Part shown: positions 11,341 through 23,478 of the stretch, piece by piece
Numbering within the stretch: the first letter of the stretch is position 1
Layout: each line of letters starts with the position of its first letter
Source: Sphaerodactylus townsendi
Lineage: Eukaryota
DNA length: 64,000 bases
Direction of reading: 5' to 3'
NCBI RefSeq assembly: GCF_021028975.2
Contig: NC_059436.1
Location: 3,100,001-3,164,000, forward strand
Translations under genes and position numbers: made by a program
Notes under the pieces: model-generated
Told to the model about the DNA's origin: nothing
What the model saw: the letters and a program-made list of their open reading frames with translations, nothing else
The model's database searches: none

Positions 11341-13072
11341 CACAATAAAATGGCTTTAGTAGGCAACTGGAACACCAGAACCAAGACGAACCTCTTGCAC
11401 CAGAGAGTCCCATAGTGTTCCGTAGCACAATTAAAAGAGCCTATGCATTTGTCAGCCTCATCTCAGTCATAGTGAACTCACTATTTAAATTTTTATGTCT
11501 AAGAAGGTGTTCTTGAGATCTGACCCTGCCAAATGAAGCCAGAAGGGTGTGGACGAGTAAGGTTGCCAGTCGTTACGGGTGCCTTGTTTGGCTTCCTTGC
11601 TTTTCCTCCAGACCAGCAAAACTGGAATAATGTAGGCATAATAAAGCAATTAAGCATATTAATTGAAACCTGCTGCTGTCCACAGTGTATAATTAGGATT
11701 GCCCGAAATAATAACTATTGATTTCATTGTTTACACTACCCCCCACTCCACTTAGGTAGGAAAGTATTTACGGTGCCTGCTGCATACGTTTGGGGCTTCT
11801 TGCAGGAATTTGAGCCTCCCCGAGCAATGGTTCAGCAAAATCATGTGATTTATAATACTCCATTTAATCTGTTATTCAGCATGAGGGTGACTGGCAAAAT
11901 GCTGAATAACTTTTTTTTTAAAAGCCCACATCAAAACATCAAATAACGTAAGGATGAAGACACAATTTGATAAGCATTTTTTTCATGATTTAGAGACAGA
12001 AGAAGTAGGTTGTCAGCTCTGAATAAAAAGATTGTAGCAAGATTATGGGAAATGAAGAATGAGGGAGTGAAACTGGTTTCTCTGGAGAAAAAGGAGCTTC
12101 CAGAGTTCATCTCTAATATTTTTGTTTCCCTACATCCTACATGTACAGATTTATGATTTTAGAAGCCCTTAAGCTCCTCTGTCTGCAGGTTCAAGTGGTA
12201 TGATGCAGGAAGTTCTTACCCATGTGACTAGCTTGAAATTCTTTTCCATGTGACTAGCCTGAGTATCTCCTGTGGGGTGAACAGTGATTTCTGGACAGCT
12301 GAGGTTTTATACCTGATCACAAAATTGTGAAAACTCAAAATTAAGATTGATATCAGTTATCTAATTAGGGACAGATGAATTCTATTCTAAAATGTGGTTG
12401 TTTTGCCTTTTGTCTTATACTTAACGCTTTTTATGCATTGATACAATAAAATGGTTAAATTTGGCATTGAATGCCTTGTGTACACTTTAAAACTGATGCA
12501 TAATGATAGTCCCGATATTTGTGGCTAACAATGATTTTCCGCTTCTTGAACAATTCTGGGGAGATGCATGTTCAACCAAATAATGTAGATGGTTCTGTTT
12601 CCATGGAAACCCATAGTCTGCTGTTATTTCTCTGTCAATCAAGTCCGCTGATTTAAAACATACACGGAAAAAGGTGTTTTTGCAGTGGAAGCAGAAAAAT
12701 CTAACTTTGTGTTATACCCAGTTCCACATAAAGGCCTAAGTAAAATTGTAACTTCATCTTCCATTTCCTCTTCCCTCCCATGTGCCCCCTGTCCCCCACT
12801 TGTCTAGGCCAGACCAGGCTGCAGTGAGTGAGGGGCAGGAAACACGGGGGGTGGGGTGGGAGGAAGTGGCGAATGAAGTTACAATTTTACTCAGGTCTTT
12901 GTGTGGAACAGGGTATAGGATAGGACAGAATGAGGAAAGCCTAACAGTCTTTCAGGTTTGTTAATATAGCAGCAAACTGCGGCTTGCTGGGACCTCTGGA
13001 ATGAATCTATTGTTAAGCATCACACTTGAGACTTCTTGAATGGGCTGTTGCTGCATAACGCACTTTGATCAT

Positions 13073-13110
13073 TTAGTGCCATCTAGTGGAGATACATTTG
13101 GAAACAGCAA
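13073..13110 (-). promoter_or_regulatory. Candidate CTCF site
   Basis: Minus strand reads TGCTGTTTCC-N10-CCACTAGATGGCACTAA, a strong core match with an upstream-motif-like element. Confidence 0.55.
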
Positions 13111-14999
13111 CCTGATTTTTTTAATTTTGTGGGTTTTTGTTGGCATGTATTATTATCGGAAGACAGGAAACTAAAATTCAGATGTGTTACTGCAAGCTGC
13201 TATTGATGAAAGCAGTGTTGTTTTTTCTTGCCCTCTTCTGCTGACTGGCAGGTCACTGGTAGAATCAAAGTAAGGCCTGTGTCACTGTTCAGGCTGCATT
13301 AAGTTAGTTTGGATTTTGTTAAATGGCCTACATTGCACAGGTTTGTTCTGTATAATTACATTTTTGGTGAAATCTCAAAATTATAAGCAAACGTGTATTT
13401 AAAGGTTGTTTATATTTGTAAGTTAGAAGTTCAGGAAAATCTCGCCATAGGGGCTAATTGGATCTTACCTATTTCAGTTCTTCCTTTTGTTGCTCAAAAG
13501 AACAACAGCAACCACAAACCTGCTTGACTTCTGTTGGTTTTGGTAGTCATTCCACTGCTTTGACATCCAGTATGCCACGATGGTTGGATCAGATTCAGAG
13601 AGCCCTGGGTTCAAATCTGCACTCATGCTTCAGAGTCACTGTCTGATCTCTCTGACTCCACAGTTTATCTTCTCACGGTGGCTTGATATAAAAAGAAATG
13701 GGAAGGAGGGAAAGATTACTGTGAGCCCCTTGGAGATATGGTAGGATAACCCTTTCTGTTTCCCTGAAACCAGAAGGGAACAGGAAATTACTCCTTCCAG
13801 AGCAATTCAGCAAATGGGGTCGGGGGGGCACCTTTGCCAACCCAGCAGAACACCAGATAATTTAAAGGGGTGGGGTTTAAATTTAAAGTCCAATCACCAG
13901 GCTTGCAAATGGGCTTTACATTAAAAAAAACCCACCTCTCTCTGCCCTTACATGGGCTGTGCAAAAGTTGAAAAATTGAAACTTTTTCAGATTGTAGATT
14001 TTCAGCTTCATCCGGATTTGCCTTTTTTTTCTGGTTCAGTGTATCCAAATACACACCCCTGTTGGGGACCTAGGGATCTGTTGCTTTCTGCTGCAGTGGA
14101 TAAAGGATTTCTAACACAATTATCTGTGTCCTTGCCAAACTATATGTACATGTCCTTGCCATCACCCTTTGAGAAGAAGTCACAGAGTAGCATAGCATCA
14201 AAATATGGCTGCAGAGAATATGTGCCTGGTAACAATGAAACAGGGCAACAGGCACAATTTTTTCTTGTCAGAATTATGGATGCCAACCTCCCTAGGTGCC
14301 ATCCCAAATTTTCAGGAGTTCCCCAATCTGAATCTGGCAATCTTATCTCCCCCCCCCCCCGCCCCAATACCTGACCGCTGGCCTGGTGGGGGAACTGGTA
14401 ACCCTAGTCATAGCCAATCACCTGTTAGTAATGTCCACCCCATTCGCCCCCCCCCCCCCCCCGGTTGAATACTTCTACATTGGTTTTGCTAAACTTCCCT
14501 ATACAACTGTATGGGGTGTTTTGGTTCCCTTTTTACCAAATGGGAATGTGGCAGAGGGTGAGGTCACACAGTCAGCTAGAACAATAGCTGTCATCTAATT
14601 GACTCATTTCCCTTAGGTGATCCTTGTATGATTAAGAGCCAATTGTGACTGTCCACTAGTCACGGGCAACTGAGATGTAATTTCCTAGCTAGTTTGAAAT
14701 AAGCCTGCATGTCCCATGTTCTGGTTCAATCGAAGCAAGTAGTTATGATCATATCACTAACATAAGTAGCAAATGGAGTCATAGGAAAAACCACAAGAAA
14801 TTTACAAAGGAAACTGGAGCTTTTATTTACATCAGCTTAGAAGCCTCTCCTAGTGTTCATTTCTGAGCCTTCAGAATGTGCCTCTAGATTTCCAAGCTTT
14901 CCTCCATAGTCATGAAGACTTGAATCCTGCTTTTTAAATAGTGCAAGTGTTTCCAAGAGTGTAAAATCTGTGTCCCACTCTGAATTTAAACCTAGACAA

Positions 15000-15248
15000 T
15001 AGTCAATTCCCCACCCACCATTAGATGCGCACTCCTCACGGCAAATACCCCGGGGTCCTGCAGCACACCCCACTACACCAGCAGTGACAACTCAGCGACA
15101 ACGCAGTCGCCCCGATTCTGCCGATCCTCCCACCCCTCAGCGCGCGTCATTTCGGATCCTGGTCGGTAGTACACCTTTTTGAAACCGCGCGCTGAACACG
15201 GAGCAGGGGTCCCCTCCACATTCACTTTTGAAGTGGGGAAAGAGCCAA
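15000..15248. mobile_element. CpG-rich MITE, possibly Harbinger-type
   Basis: Imperfect TIR (ttccccac / gtggggaa) around a CpG-rich interior in an AT-rich intron. Confidence 0.4.
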
Positions 15249-18079
15249 TGAAACTACAATAGTGGGGAGTTTAGGACTTGTTAATTAAAAGCATTGTCTC
15301 CTTTTGACCATTAGCAATTGAGAAGACTGGAACATAGACTTATACTTAACAGTCTACAAGGAGCCATCAAACATCAATAAAAGAGCAACTGGTCATTTTT
15401 TTTCACTGACAACAATGAAACATAATCTAAGTTACTTTGATGCCCATATGATATGCTGTAAACGGGGTAACTAATCTTGAAATGCTCTGCCTTGTTTTTG
15501 TTTTAACCTTTGTGTAAAAATAAGACTTGAAGCAGTATATGAAACTTAAGGAATATACAGTTGCACTTCAAATAACATCAAAATGATGGGCGCCACCATT
15601 AAAATGTATTTTTCAAGTGCCTCAGTGGGATACAGCAGTCACAGTGCAATCCTAAGGATACTTTCCTGGGAGTAAATCCTGTTGAATGACATGAGACTTA
15701 CAACTGAGTGGCCCTTGAAGCGGGAAGGACAGAGAGGATCGTCTTTTACTCTTCCAGGTCTTAGAACAGTCTCACGGTCTTTCTTGTAGGCTGGCTGGTT
15801 TTTTTGTGGTGATGCAGCTGCGGTAGATATTCAGAAGCTCTTCAGGTTCCTCATTGGGCTACCCAGTTCTCTGCCTAGGATACTCATTCTTTCATAGCTT
15901 TCTTTTTTCCCCTTTACCTGAGAACTCTCTTTTCTTCCTTTCCCTAAAAAACCTCCCTTCCCCTCTTCCTCAGTCAACCTGATAAATTCCACCAATGCAT
16001 ATGTATATATTTGAAAATAACCTGGCAGGAGAGAGTGTAATCCATATTACTGTTTGAGGGAACCTGTTGCATATATCCTGGCCACTTGACAGCAATTGAG
16101 AATAGATGCCTGTAGGATTCACTCAAGCTGTTTGTGACTCTGCATGTCTCGGTTCTTCTTTGAGAGCATTCAGGGTATGTCAAGTTGCCCACAGGATATG
16201 ATTTGCTGTATCTAGAGCATCTTCCAGATTAGCAGAGCCCTATCAAGTTTCACCTGCATGGGCTTAGTTCTAGCCATGCCGATAGAGGTTCAGGAACTAC
16301 AATTCCTGAACATCTGGAGAGCCGCAGGTTCCCTACCCCTGATCTAGAGCATCTCCATGCTCTGCAAGTACTGCCCTATTCCGCCTTCTGTATTGGGGAG
16401 AGTTCTCTGGGGCTGTGGTGTGTGGTTGCTTTGCTCATGAAGCGTGCCTTATCAACAGGCTGGCACCCATGTGTTCACTTCAATTGGCAGGCATGTTGTT
16501 TGAAACGTGATCGCTTGATAGAATTTCAGCAGGCTTTCTGCTTCACTCCCTGCTGAGATGCTGTCATCCCAGGGCTGGAATGTGGTAGTGGTTGAGCAGC
16601 GTGAAGCAACTTGGAGTGGTTTAAGAGGCGGCAGGAAGTGATCGCCAACTCAAGGAAGATTCATGCTGGCACAATGTTAATTACACTGGGCTGGGATTTA
16701 GCGTTAAAATTCCTGGCGTGGAAAAGTTCCATGAGATTTTTTTTTTTGTCAGCTTCATCCTGTCTCATGTGTGACACCTGCACATGCTGCATCACTGTGT
16801 CTTGGTTCCAGGTGTAAGCGGGCAAGTGTCAAGGTAACAGCTTGAAAGGAAGATGGGCTATGAGTCACATTCCTGCAGTGCATTAGCTGTTCCTGGAATG
16901 TTCTTTGGTATGGGTTGTACGCAACCTTGCTGTACTTGTTGAGTGGGAATGAGCAACTGCACAAGGTTCTTCCTTTCTAGGATTGAAGTGTCATAGCAAA
17001 GAGTGTGCAGTAAGGAGTTCCAGCTCTTAAAAGTTCAGCGTTGTTTCTGCCTTGCTTTCTTTCATAGCATTGAACAATGATGTGCCATGGGGTGGAGAGA
17101 TCAAAAAATTCACAGGGCAAGCTAGGTCCCTCCACATTTTACATCTAACCCTCTGCAACTGCCTTGTGGCCTCTACCCATCTGGCCACAGTCCATATTAG
17201 ACTGGGTCTTGGATGCATCCGTGTGGCACCTGCTAATACTTCTTATGGGGGATTGTTCTTTTTATAGCTTGGCTACTGGAGTCTACAGTTATTTCTTTAC
17301 AGATTGTTGACCTTCAGAGTTAAAAACTTAATCTGCTCAGAGTTAACTAAGTTTTGCTAAAGAAAACCTGTTTTAAAAGAGAGGGGTGTGTATATGAATC
17401 CAAAAACGGGCTGATTCAACATACATTCTTTTTAGGGGGCATTTTTAATTCATCTTGAGTAGTCTGAAATCAAGAATCCTTAAATGTCCTCTGATACACA
17501 TACATACACAAGAACTGTAAGGCTCTGTTAACGCAGTAGCAAACCAAGCCGTGTCACATCCTTATTGGATTTGTGGTATTTATTGTGTTTCTTTTCAAAT
17601 ACTAATTTGTTACATTAATGCCTCTTATTTTGAAGTGGGCCCTGAAGACATTTTAAGTATGTGCTTTGAAGAGAATTAAGGCTGAAATGCTTAGTCAATT
17701 TGCTTGATCACTTTCTAAAGTATCCCTGATTGAGGGGGGTAATGCTTTTTTTAAAAAAAGAAACTATAATTCAAATGCTTTGGAAAACTGGGCAGTAGGA
17801 ACCACGGGGTGGGGGATTCTTCCACAGGATGGAATTCCTCTTCTAAGCAAGCACCTGCTGTAATTTGTGTAAATCATCTGAAAGCAGTTTTTCTTTAGAA
17901 TTGTAATTTCAGATTGCACACAAATGCATAGTCAATTAAAGCCATAGGATTTAATTGCTGATTTATTTTGCTGAATGACAGCCCACAAATAGTGTCTTAA
18001 GTAAGTTGCGTTGCCCTGTTGTAAACCATACTCTGCACATACAACCGGGCTGCTCACCAGATCTTGTCCTCTCTTTCAG

Positions 18080-18245
18080 AACAAAACACAGTCTCACAGC
18101 AGAGGAGAATACAATGTTTNNNNNNNNNNNNNNNNNNNNNNNNNNNNNNNNNNNNNNNNNNNNNNNNNNNNNNNNNNNNNNNNNNNNNNNNNNNNNNNNN
18201 NNNNNNNNNNNNNNNNNNNNNNNNNNNNNNNNNNNNNNNNNNNNN
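18080..18245 (+). CDS. PPP2R2A: PPP2R2A exon 4 (NKTQSHSRGEYNV..., remainder inside N gap; end inferred)
   Basis: Acceptor tttcag|AAC; first 13 codons match B55-alpha. Ns span 18120-18251. End inferred from the 55 aa plus 1 nt needed to reach exon 5. Confidence 0.85.
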
Positions 18246-18251
18246 NNNNNN
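18120..18251. other. Assembly gap (132 N)
   Basis: Run of N. Confidence 1.
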
Positions 18252-19473
18252 CTGTCTAAATTCGGTATAGATTGTCACTTTATGGTACATAAGGTTGGAG
18301 GGTTTCCTGTAGTGCTCCACCCCCACCCCTCCAGATACTTAGCAGACTGTAGCACTAAGTGGCTGTATTACAAAGCATATCTTCTACCTTATGGGCTTGC
18401 TGGAGGCATCTGACTGGCCAGAGTTTGACACAAGGTGTTGTACTTGGACTTAGCCAGATCTCACCCAGTGGTCTGCTTTTCATTCTTATCCTCCTAAATA
18501 ATGTACAGATATTTTAATTTCATGCCAATTTAGGCATGATAGTGGTAGGGGTGTGTTTGCTAATTTCATACTGGCCTATAAAACAGGGTAGGCAGTGTGG
18601 TGGTGGTTGTATCTTCAACCATAAAAGTGAGCCGTTGTACATCCCTGTCTCCCCCACATCTGGTCTTCTTGTCTGTTGTTCCATCCACTTCTCTCAATTA
18701 CTGGCACACTATGTGTATAGGAATCTGGAAGGGAAAAGAGTGCTTGGAGCTTCCCACAGTGGGAGGTGAGGTGGCAGTGTGGGTGGGGTCAGTAGCCCAT
18801 GCATGCTTTTCACTGTTAAGACCCTTTCTTTTATATAAGAATGGGGCAAACAGTGTTATAACTCTTTGCCCTCAAAATGGGGCACAAAATTTATCTCTGA
18901 AAGTGCTTTTGTAAGTTGGGCTCATTTATATGTGGTCTTTATGAGTATCTAGGTTCTCCTTTTACTGGGAAGAAGACTTCCCTCTAATATCTATGTTGAT
19001 ATTGTAGACCATATTATTTGATTTGGAATCCCTCTTATTGCTAACCCTTAGGGCTATTCCACACATGTGTTGGACCCGTCCTAAGGCCAATACTATGTGT
19101 CATACTAGACATCCAGATGAGCATGCACGGGGAGCTACAGAAATGTTGGTGGTTCATGGATCCCAGCAAGGTCTAATGGGTTATGAGACATAGTTTTATT
19201 GCCTGTACTTAGTTTCAGTTCACAGCTGTTCACCTCTTCCTGAGCAAGAAGGCTATAGCTTAGTGGTAGAAAATATGGTTGTGCATGCTAAACAGTCCCA
19301 GGTTCTGTTTCCAGTTAAAGAGACCCCGAAGAGCCCCTGACAATCTGAGTAGATAACACTGACCTTGATAAATTAATGGCAAAAGGCAACTTCATATGAT
19401 TTATTGAGTGTATTGATGAAAATCTGAAGCATTCCCATAATGCCGCTTGTTTGATGGCTAAAATGTATTTCAG

Positions 19474-19586
19474 ACAAAACAATAAAATTGTGGAAAATCA
19501 GTGAAAGGGACAAAAGGCCTGAAGGCTATAACTTGAAGGAAGAAGATGGGCGGTACAGGGATCCCACTACAGTCACAACATTACGG
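19474..19586 (+). CDS. PPP2R2A: PPP2R2A exon 5 ([38 protein letters not shown])
   Basis: Translation; acceptor tttcag|, donor |gtgagt. Confidence 0.97.
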
Positions 19587-19986
19587 GTGAGTAGCTCCGT
19601 TGTTTGTCATGTTAGCCTTCCTGCTGCTGTGGCCACCAGCGGGCTGTTTGCTTACTACCAAGGCCTTTTGAACACGCAGCTAGAAGATTAGCATTCAGTC
19701 AGACTTACCTAGTTTTTCAAAGACTGGTGATTGATGGTGCTTTGCTTTCGAAGATCAAGATTTTTAGTGATTATGGTCACTGTGCCTGAATCAGCATTGA
19801 GTGACATGTGCTGGTCATTTCCCTACATGATCCTTTTTTTAATGCCTGTCATTCCTTGTCTCTTCTTGCTTGAAAAACAACTGGCTTCCCATCTCTGTTG
19901 CTGAATGATGCATGGGAAGAGATGTGTTGTCATCACTTGATCTTTCTGTGCAATTACACCTGTATCTATTCTCCTCTGTCTTGCAG

Positions 19987-20164
19987 GTACCAGTATTCCG
20001 GCCCATGGATCTCATGGTAGAAGCCAGTCCGCGAAGGATATTTGCCAATGCCCACACATATCACATCAATTCTATCTCCATCAATAGTGATTATGAAACG
20101 TACCTGTCTGCAGATGATCTGCGGATTAATTTGTGGCACCTAGAAATTACGGACAGAAGCTTTA
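19987..20164 (+). CDS. PPP2R2A: PPP2R2A exon 6 ([17 protein letters not shown]...EITDRSF)
   Basis: Translation; acceptor ttgcag|, donor |GTATCCTTT (U12 type). Confidence 0.97.
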
Positions 20165-20365
20165 GTATCCTTTTTCTCTCTTCTCCCTCTCCTTCAAAAA
20201 AAATGTTAAGATTCAGCATAACTGAATTGCTCCTGTTTCTCCGCCACCGAATGCTGTTACCTAATGTATGAGAGAGATTTTTGTTGCTGATTTATCAAAG
20301 AATTTGGCAAATTGTATATTACTGGAAAGGAACAAAACTGGCAAAAGGGTTTAGTTTGGGAGGGT

Positions 20366-20645
20366 ATTTATTATTATTATTATTTTAATTTTGTTTGATA
20401 TCACAACTGCCAGTTCTTTAACTGGTTGCTGGCCTTTCATTACAATTCGAGCCTCACTCAGAGGCCTAGGACATAACATATCAATGTAGTGTTTGTCCGA
20501 ATCCCAGCAGGGTTGCCTTTTGAATCTGACAAATGTTGATTTTGTTAATTTGAGGATGTTTCAAGAGCGGCCTTAGTATTTTTGGAATGGCGCCCAGGGT
20601 GTTGATTACCACTGGGATGACCTCATCTTGTTTGTGCCATAGTAA
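20366..20645 (-). mobile_element. R4/Dong-clade LINE 3' fragment, copy 1
   Basis: Minus strand encodes LLWHKQDEVIPVVINTLGAIPK...ICQIQKATLLG; 3' UTR ends in (TAA)n. Confidence 0.8.
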
Positions 20646-20894
20646 TTTATTATTGTTGTTATTGTAGATTTCACAGCTGCCAGATCTTTAGCTGGTTGTT
20701 GGCCTTCACTACAATTCGAGCCTCACCCAGAGGCCTAGGAAGTTATAATGTATGGGCTTAGTATTCGTGCGGAACCCAGCAGGGCTGCCTTCTGAATTTG
20801 ACAGATGTTAATTTTGTCAATTTGAAGTTGTTTCAAGTGCTGCCCTAGTGTTTTTGGGATGGCGCCCAGCATGCTGATTACCAGTGGGACGACC
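20646..20894 (-). mobile_element. R4/Dong-clade LINE 3' fragment, copy 2 (runs into gap)
   Basis: Minus strand encodes VVPLVISMLGAIPKTLGQHLKQLQIDKINICQIQKAALLGSARILSPYIITS*; TAA/CAA tail. Confidence 0.8.
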
Positions 20895-21033
20895 NNNNNN
20901 NNNNNNNNNNNNNNNNNNNNNNNNNNNNNNNNNNNNNNNNNNNNNNNNNNNNNNNNNNNNNNNNNNNNNNNNNNNNNNNNNNNNNNNNNNNNNNNNNNNN
21001 NNNNNNNNNNNNNNNNNNNNNNNNNNNNNNNNN
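20895..21033. other. Assembly gap (139 N)
   Basis: Run of N. Confidence 1.
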
Positions 21034-21880
21034 AAGAAGAACAACTCTGGCTATTTGGCCTTCTGTAGCTGCACCATCCAACTCATTATTGGTTCTTCAA
21101 CTTTTTAGCAAATTGACACATCTTGTCTGCATGTATTTTTATTTTATATTCTTATCTAGATGTTTATACCTGGTTTTTCTTTTCATTGAGGACCCAAAGC
21201 AGCTTGCAACCCTTTTCTCTCTTCCTCTTCCCAACACTGTTCTCCAGTCCTCCACTGTAACTTTACAAGGACAACTCAGTGAAGGTAGATGAGTTTGACA
21301 GTGACTGAACCAAGGTCACCAACCAAGCTTTTTTGACAGAGTGGCGATTTGAACCATGGTTCTTCAGATCCTGCTCCAACAGTACATGAATGGAGGCAAC
21401 GTTTGAATCTGCACAGTACTGACAAGTGGCTAAAGAAAAGATTTTCGCACAATTTATTGTTTAGAGTTTTGTAGGACAAAAGATCCATGAGCCACCATAC
21501 CTGCATCCAATGTGCTCCTTCCAGGACCATGTGGTGACATACGGCTATAGCAGGAGCAAGCAAAAGATCCTAAGATGGAAATGGTAAACCTGGAGGCTGG
21601 GGGTGTATCACTTCTGGGTGATAAGCAACATGGAGGAGGAACAGCAGTGTTTCCTGCCACACTCCCTCCAACCCCTGGCCAATCAAATTGATGAGATGGC
21701 ACTAAAGAATCCACTTCTGAAATGGCTGAGCAGCTGAAGATTAGCCTGATCCCATCTTGCTCCTACAGTGTTTTCTTCCAAAAATCCATTCTCCTCCTTA
21801 GGCTGTACAAGTTATGTCTTGTTCAAAACCATGCTGTGCAATTTGATGAAAATGGAGTCCTTAACATCAAAAATCTCTAG

Positions 21881-22045
21881 ATATTGTAGATATTAAGCCC
21901 GCCAACATGGAAGAATTAACTGAAGTGATAACAGCAGCAGAATTCCATCCAAACAGCTGTAGCACATTCGTATACAGCAGTAGTAAAGGAACAATCCGTC
22001 TGTGTGACATGAGGGCGTCAGCACTCTGTGATAGGCATTCAAAAC
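21881..22045 (+). CDS. PPP2R2A: PPP2R2A exon 7 ([55 protein letters not shown])
   Basis: Translation; acceptor ctctag|, donor |gtgagt. Confidence 0.97.
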
Positions 22046-22079
22046 GTGAGTAGTTGGTACAATCTGGATGAACCCATTT

Positions 22080-22305
22080 TTTTTTTGGGGGTGCTGTGTG
22101 GTTTCCGGGCTGTATGGCCGTGTTCTAGCAGCATTCTCTCCTGACGTTTCACCTGCATCTGTGGCTGGCATCAAGTGCAGAAGTTGATGCCAGCCACAGA
22201 TGCAGGCGAAACGTCAGGAGAGAATGCTGCTAGAACACGGCCATACAGTCCGGAAACCACACAGCACCCAAGTGATTCCGGCCGTGAAAGCCTTCGAAAA
22301 TACAT
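22080..22305 (+). mobile_element. Short Penelope-like element forming an 86-bp inverted repeat
   Basis: Arms 22089-22174 and 22184-22269 (2 mismatches), one-sided 3' extension, 11-bp TSD tgaacccattt (22069 and 22306). GATGCC..GGCGAAACGTC resembles lizard Penelope terminal repeats. Confidence 0.8.
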
Positions 22306-22642
22306 TGAACCCATTTCTGTTTGCTCAGGTAGGACAATGGTAATGCTAGAGGAGGGTGAGTTCTTAAACCTCACCCACCAAAAGAGAACCGTAAGCCTAC
22401 AGGAAGCAGCTTGGAGTTGTGAATGTTCTTGTCTGTTCTGCTCATTGTCATGCAACATGACGGGGCAGCAAAGTTGTATTGATTGTAATACAGTGGAATT
22501 GTTTAGCACAAGTCTATAATGTTGCCTGGCAATCAGGATCACACACCAGCTGCGCTGAGTGAGTGCATCAGAACTTTGTCCACTGTGACCTTATGTGGAA
22601 GGATTCTGTGAGTGACAAGCAAGTGCAGAAGTTGGTCTGGTA

Positions 22643-22929
22643 CAGGGGTAGGGAACCTGCGGCTCGAGAGCCGCATGCGGCTCTTCTGCCCTTACACTGC
22701 GGCTCCACGAGCCGAGCCGCCAGCCCCATCCTTGCCCGCCCTGCAGGCAGCAGGGCGGACGCATCCATGCGCTTCTGAGAATGAGCGGAGTAAAAGGTAA
22801 AAAACCCCAATATACACAGTGTTATCTTTATTTTAAATGTCAAAAATTATTTGCGGCTCCAAGTGTTTTCTTTTCCCGTGGAAAACGGGTCCAAATGGCT
22901 CTTTGAGTGTTAAAGGTTCCCTACCCCTG
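22643..22929. mobile_element. Young hAT (Charlie-like) MITE
   Basis: Perfect 16-bp TIR caggggtagggaacct; perfect 8-bp TSD gtctggta; CpGs retained. Confidence 0.92.
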
Positions 22930-23478
22930 GTCTGGTAGAAGAACTCTGTCCCCTGTGCTGGCTGCAACATTCATGACTTTTCTTTACAAAAGGTTTCTTA
23001 AATAAAGTGCACAAAATCTTGGAAGGGCAGAGTGAGATTTCTTAGTGGTTGAGAATGCAGGACTTCATTGCTGTGAATGGCTTGCTACTCTCCTCTATGA
23101 GAAATAAATGACGAGGTAAATTATGCAGATTAGAACATATTTTATGCAAGGTGGCAGGCATCTGTTTTTCTTGGCTCAAAAATTGTGTTGATGCTTTTGT
23201 TTATAAAAGTAATGTTATCTCAGAATGTACCCAGGCTCACTTACATGTCTTCTGGAAGCTGTCAGCAGGTCTGTAGGGAGATCAGCCCCTCTTCCTGTAG
23301 GAATATTGCTTCAGCCTCTTGGATGGCCTTAGAAAATGTTTCACGGGCAGCTGTGTTTTGCACCCAAGATTTTATGGGCCTCTCAGTAGACATTTTGCAG
23401 CTTTAATAGATGTGCATGAGGTTGTACTCCCTGAATGGATACAAATGGAAAATCGGCATGATTGTCTCACACTTGCAG

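Larger units (their letters stand above)
20165..21880 (+). other. PPP2R2A: U12-dependent (minor spliceosome) GT-AG intron
   Basis: 5' site GTATCCTTT at 20165; branch site TCCTTAAC at 21858-21865 close to the AG at 21879-21880; no real polypyrimidine tract. Confidence 0.93.

Noticed and set aside
21893-22542. Mirror ORFs MPATDAGETSGENAARTRPYSPETTQHP on both strands
   Set aside because: Consequence of the inverted repeat, not genes.
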